This document shows positions 62,000-64,000 of a stretch of DNA of 64,000 nucleotides, in pieces. The notes beneath the pieces are model-generated. The model was not told the origin of the DNA and searched no databases. It saw only the letters and a program-made list of their open reading frames with translations. The stretch is from Eledone cirrhosa. Its lineage: Eukaryota. The stretch is taken from contig OZ024748.1 in NCBI GenBank assembly GCA_964016885.1, forward strand, positions 60,140,001 through 60,204,000. The letters are read 5' to 3'. A program made the translations under genes and the position numbers. Within the stretch, counting starts at the first letter, position 1; every line of letters starts with the position of its first letter.

Positions 62000-62179
62000 A
62001 ACGAAGGAAATGTGGTAAGGAACGAGGTGGACCATAACGCACCAAAGTACTCAATACTTAGGGTAGTAGAGTGGGTAATAGGAACGAGTAGGACCCCGAC
62101 GGCTAATTCTGGACTAAATTTAGTCCAGAATTAGCCGTCGAAACGGGTTGAGCTAGGCCGTCGGGGTCTTACTCGTTCC

Positions 62180-62182
<3 letters not shown>
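62000..62182 (-). mobile_element. Family A fold-back PLE end
   Basis: Tail plus perfect central palindrome 62098-62139; left arm lacks about 23 bp between gacggct direct repeats. Confidence 0.82.

Positions 62183-64000
<1,818 letters not shown>

Overview
AT-rich eukaryotic non-coding DNA dominated by (TA)n/(CA)n microsatellites. The SINE/LINE repertoire resembles an octopod cephalopod (inference from recalled repeat motifs, not checked). No host gene is visible and almost all listed ORFs are microsatellite artefacts. Real coding remnants are a CR1/L2-type LINE RT (37552-39280, -), a Penelope-like element (PLE) Zn-knuckle plus GIY-YIG domain (50376-50774, -), smaller PLE C-termini and an RTE 3' end. 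Also present: many tRNA-SINEs, a non-autonomous Helitron and a mariner end. The main signal is that many of the short unique islands inside the (TA)n tracts are 3' ends of hammerhead-ribozyme (HHR)-bearing PLEs from more than ten unrelated families, with about 20 complete cores found by eye. Many are fold-back palindromes with two fixed, family-specific ends. One class carries complete HHRs on both strands. Another has its symmetry axis inside HHR helix II, so the CUGANGA core is missing (family A has about 9 copies or fragments). All calls were made by eye and coordinates are approximate to a few bases.
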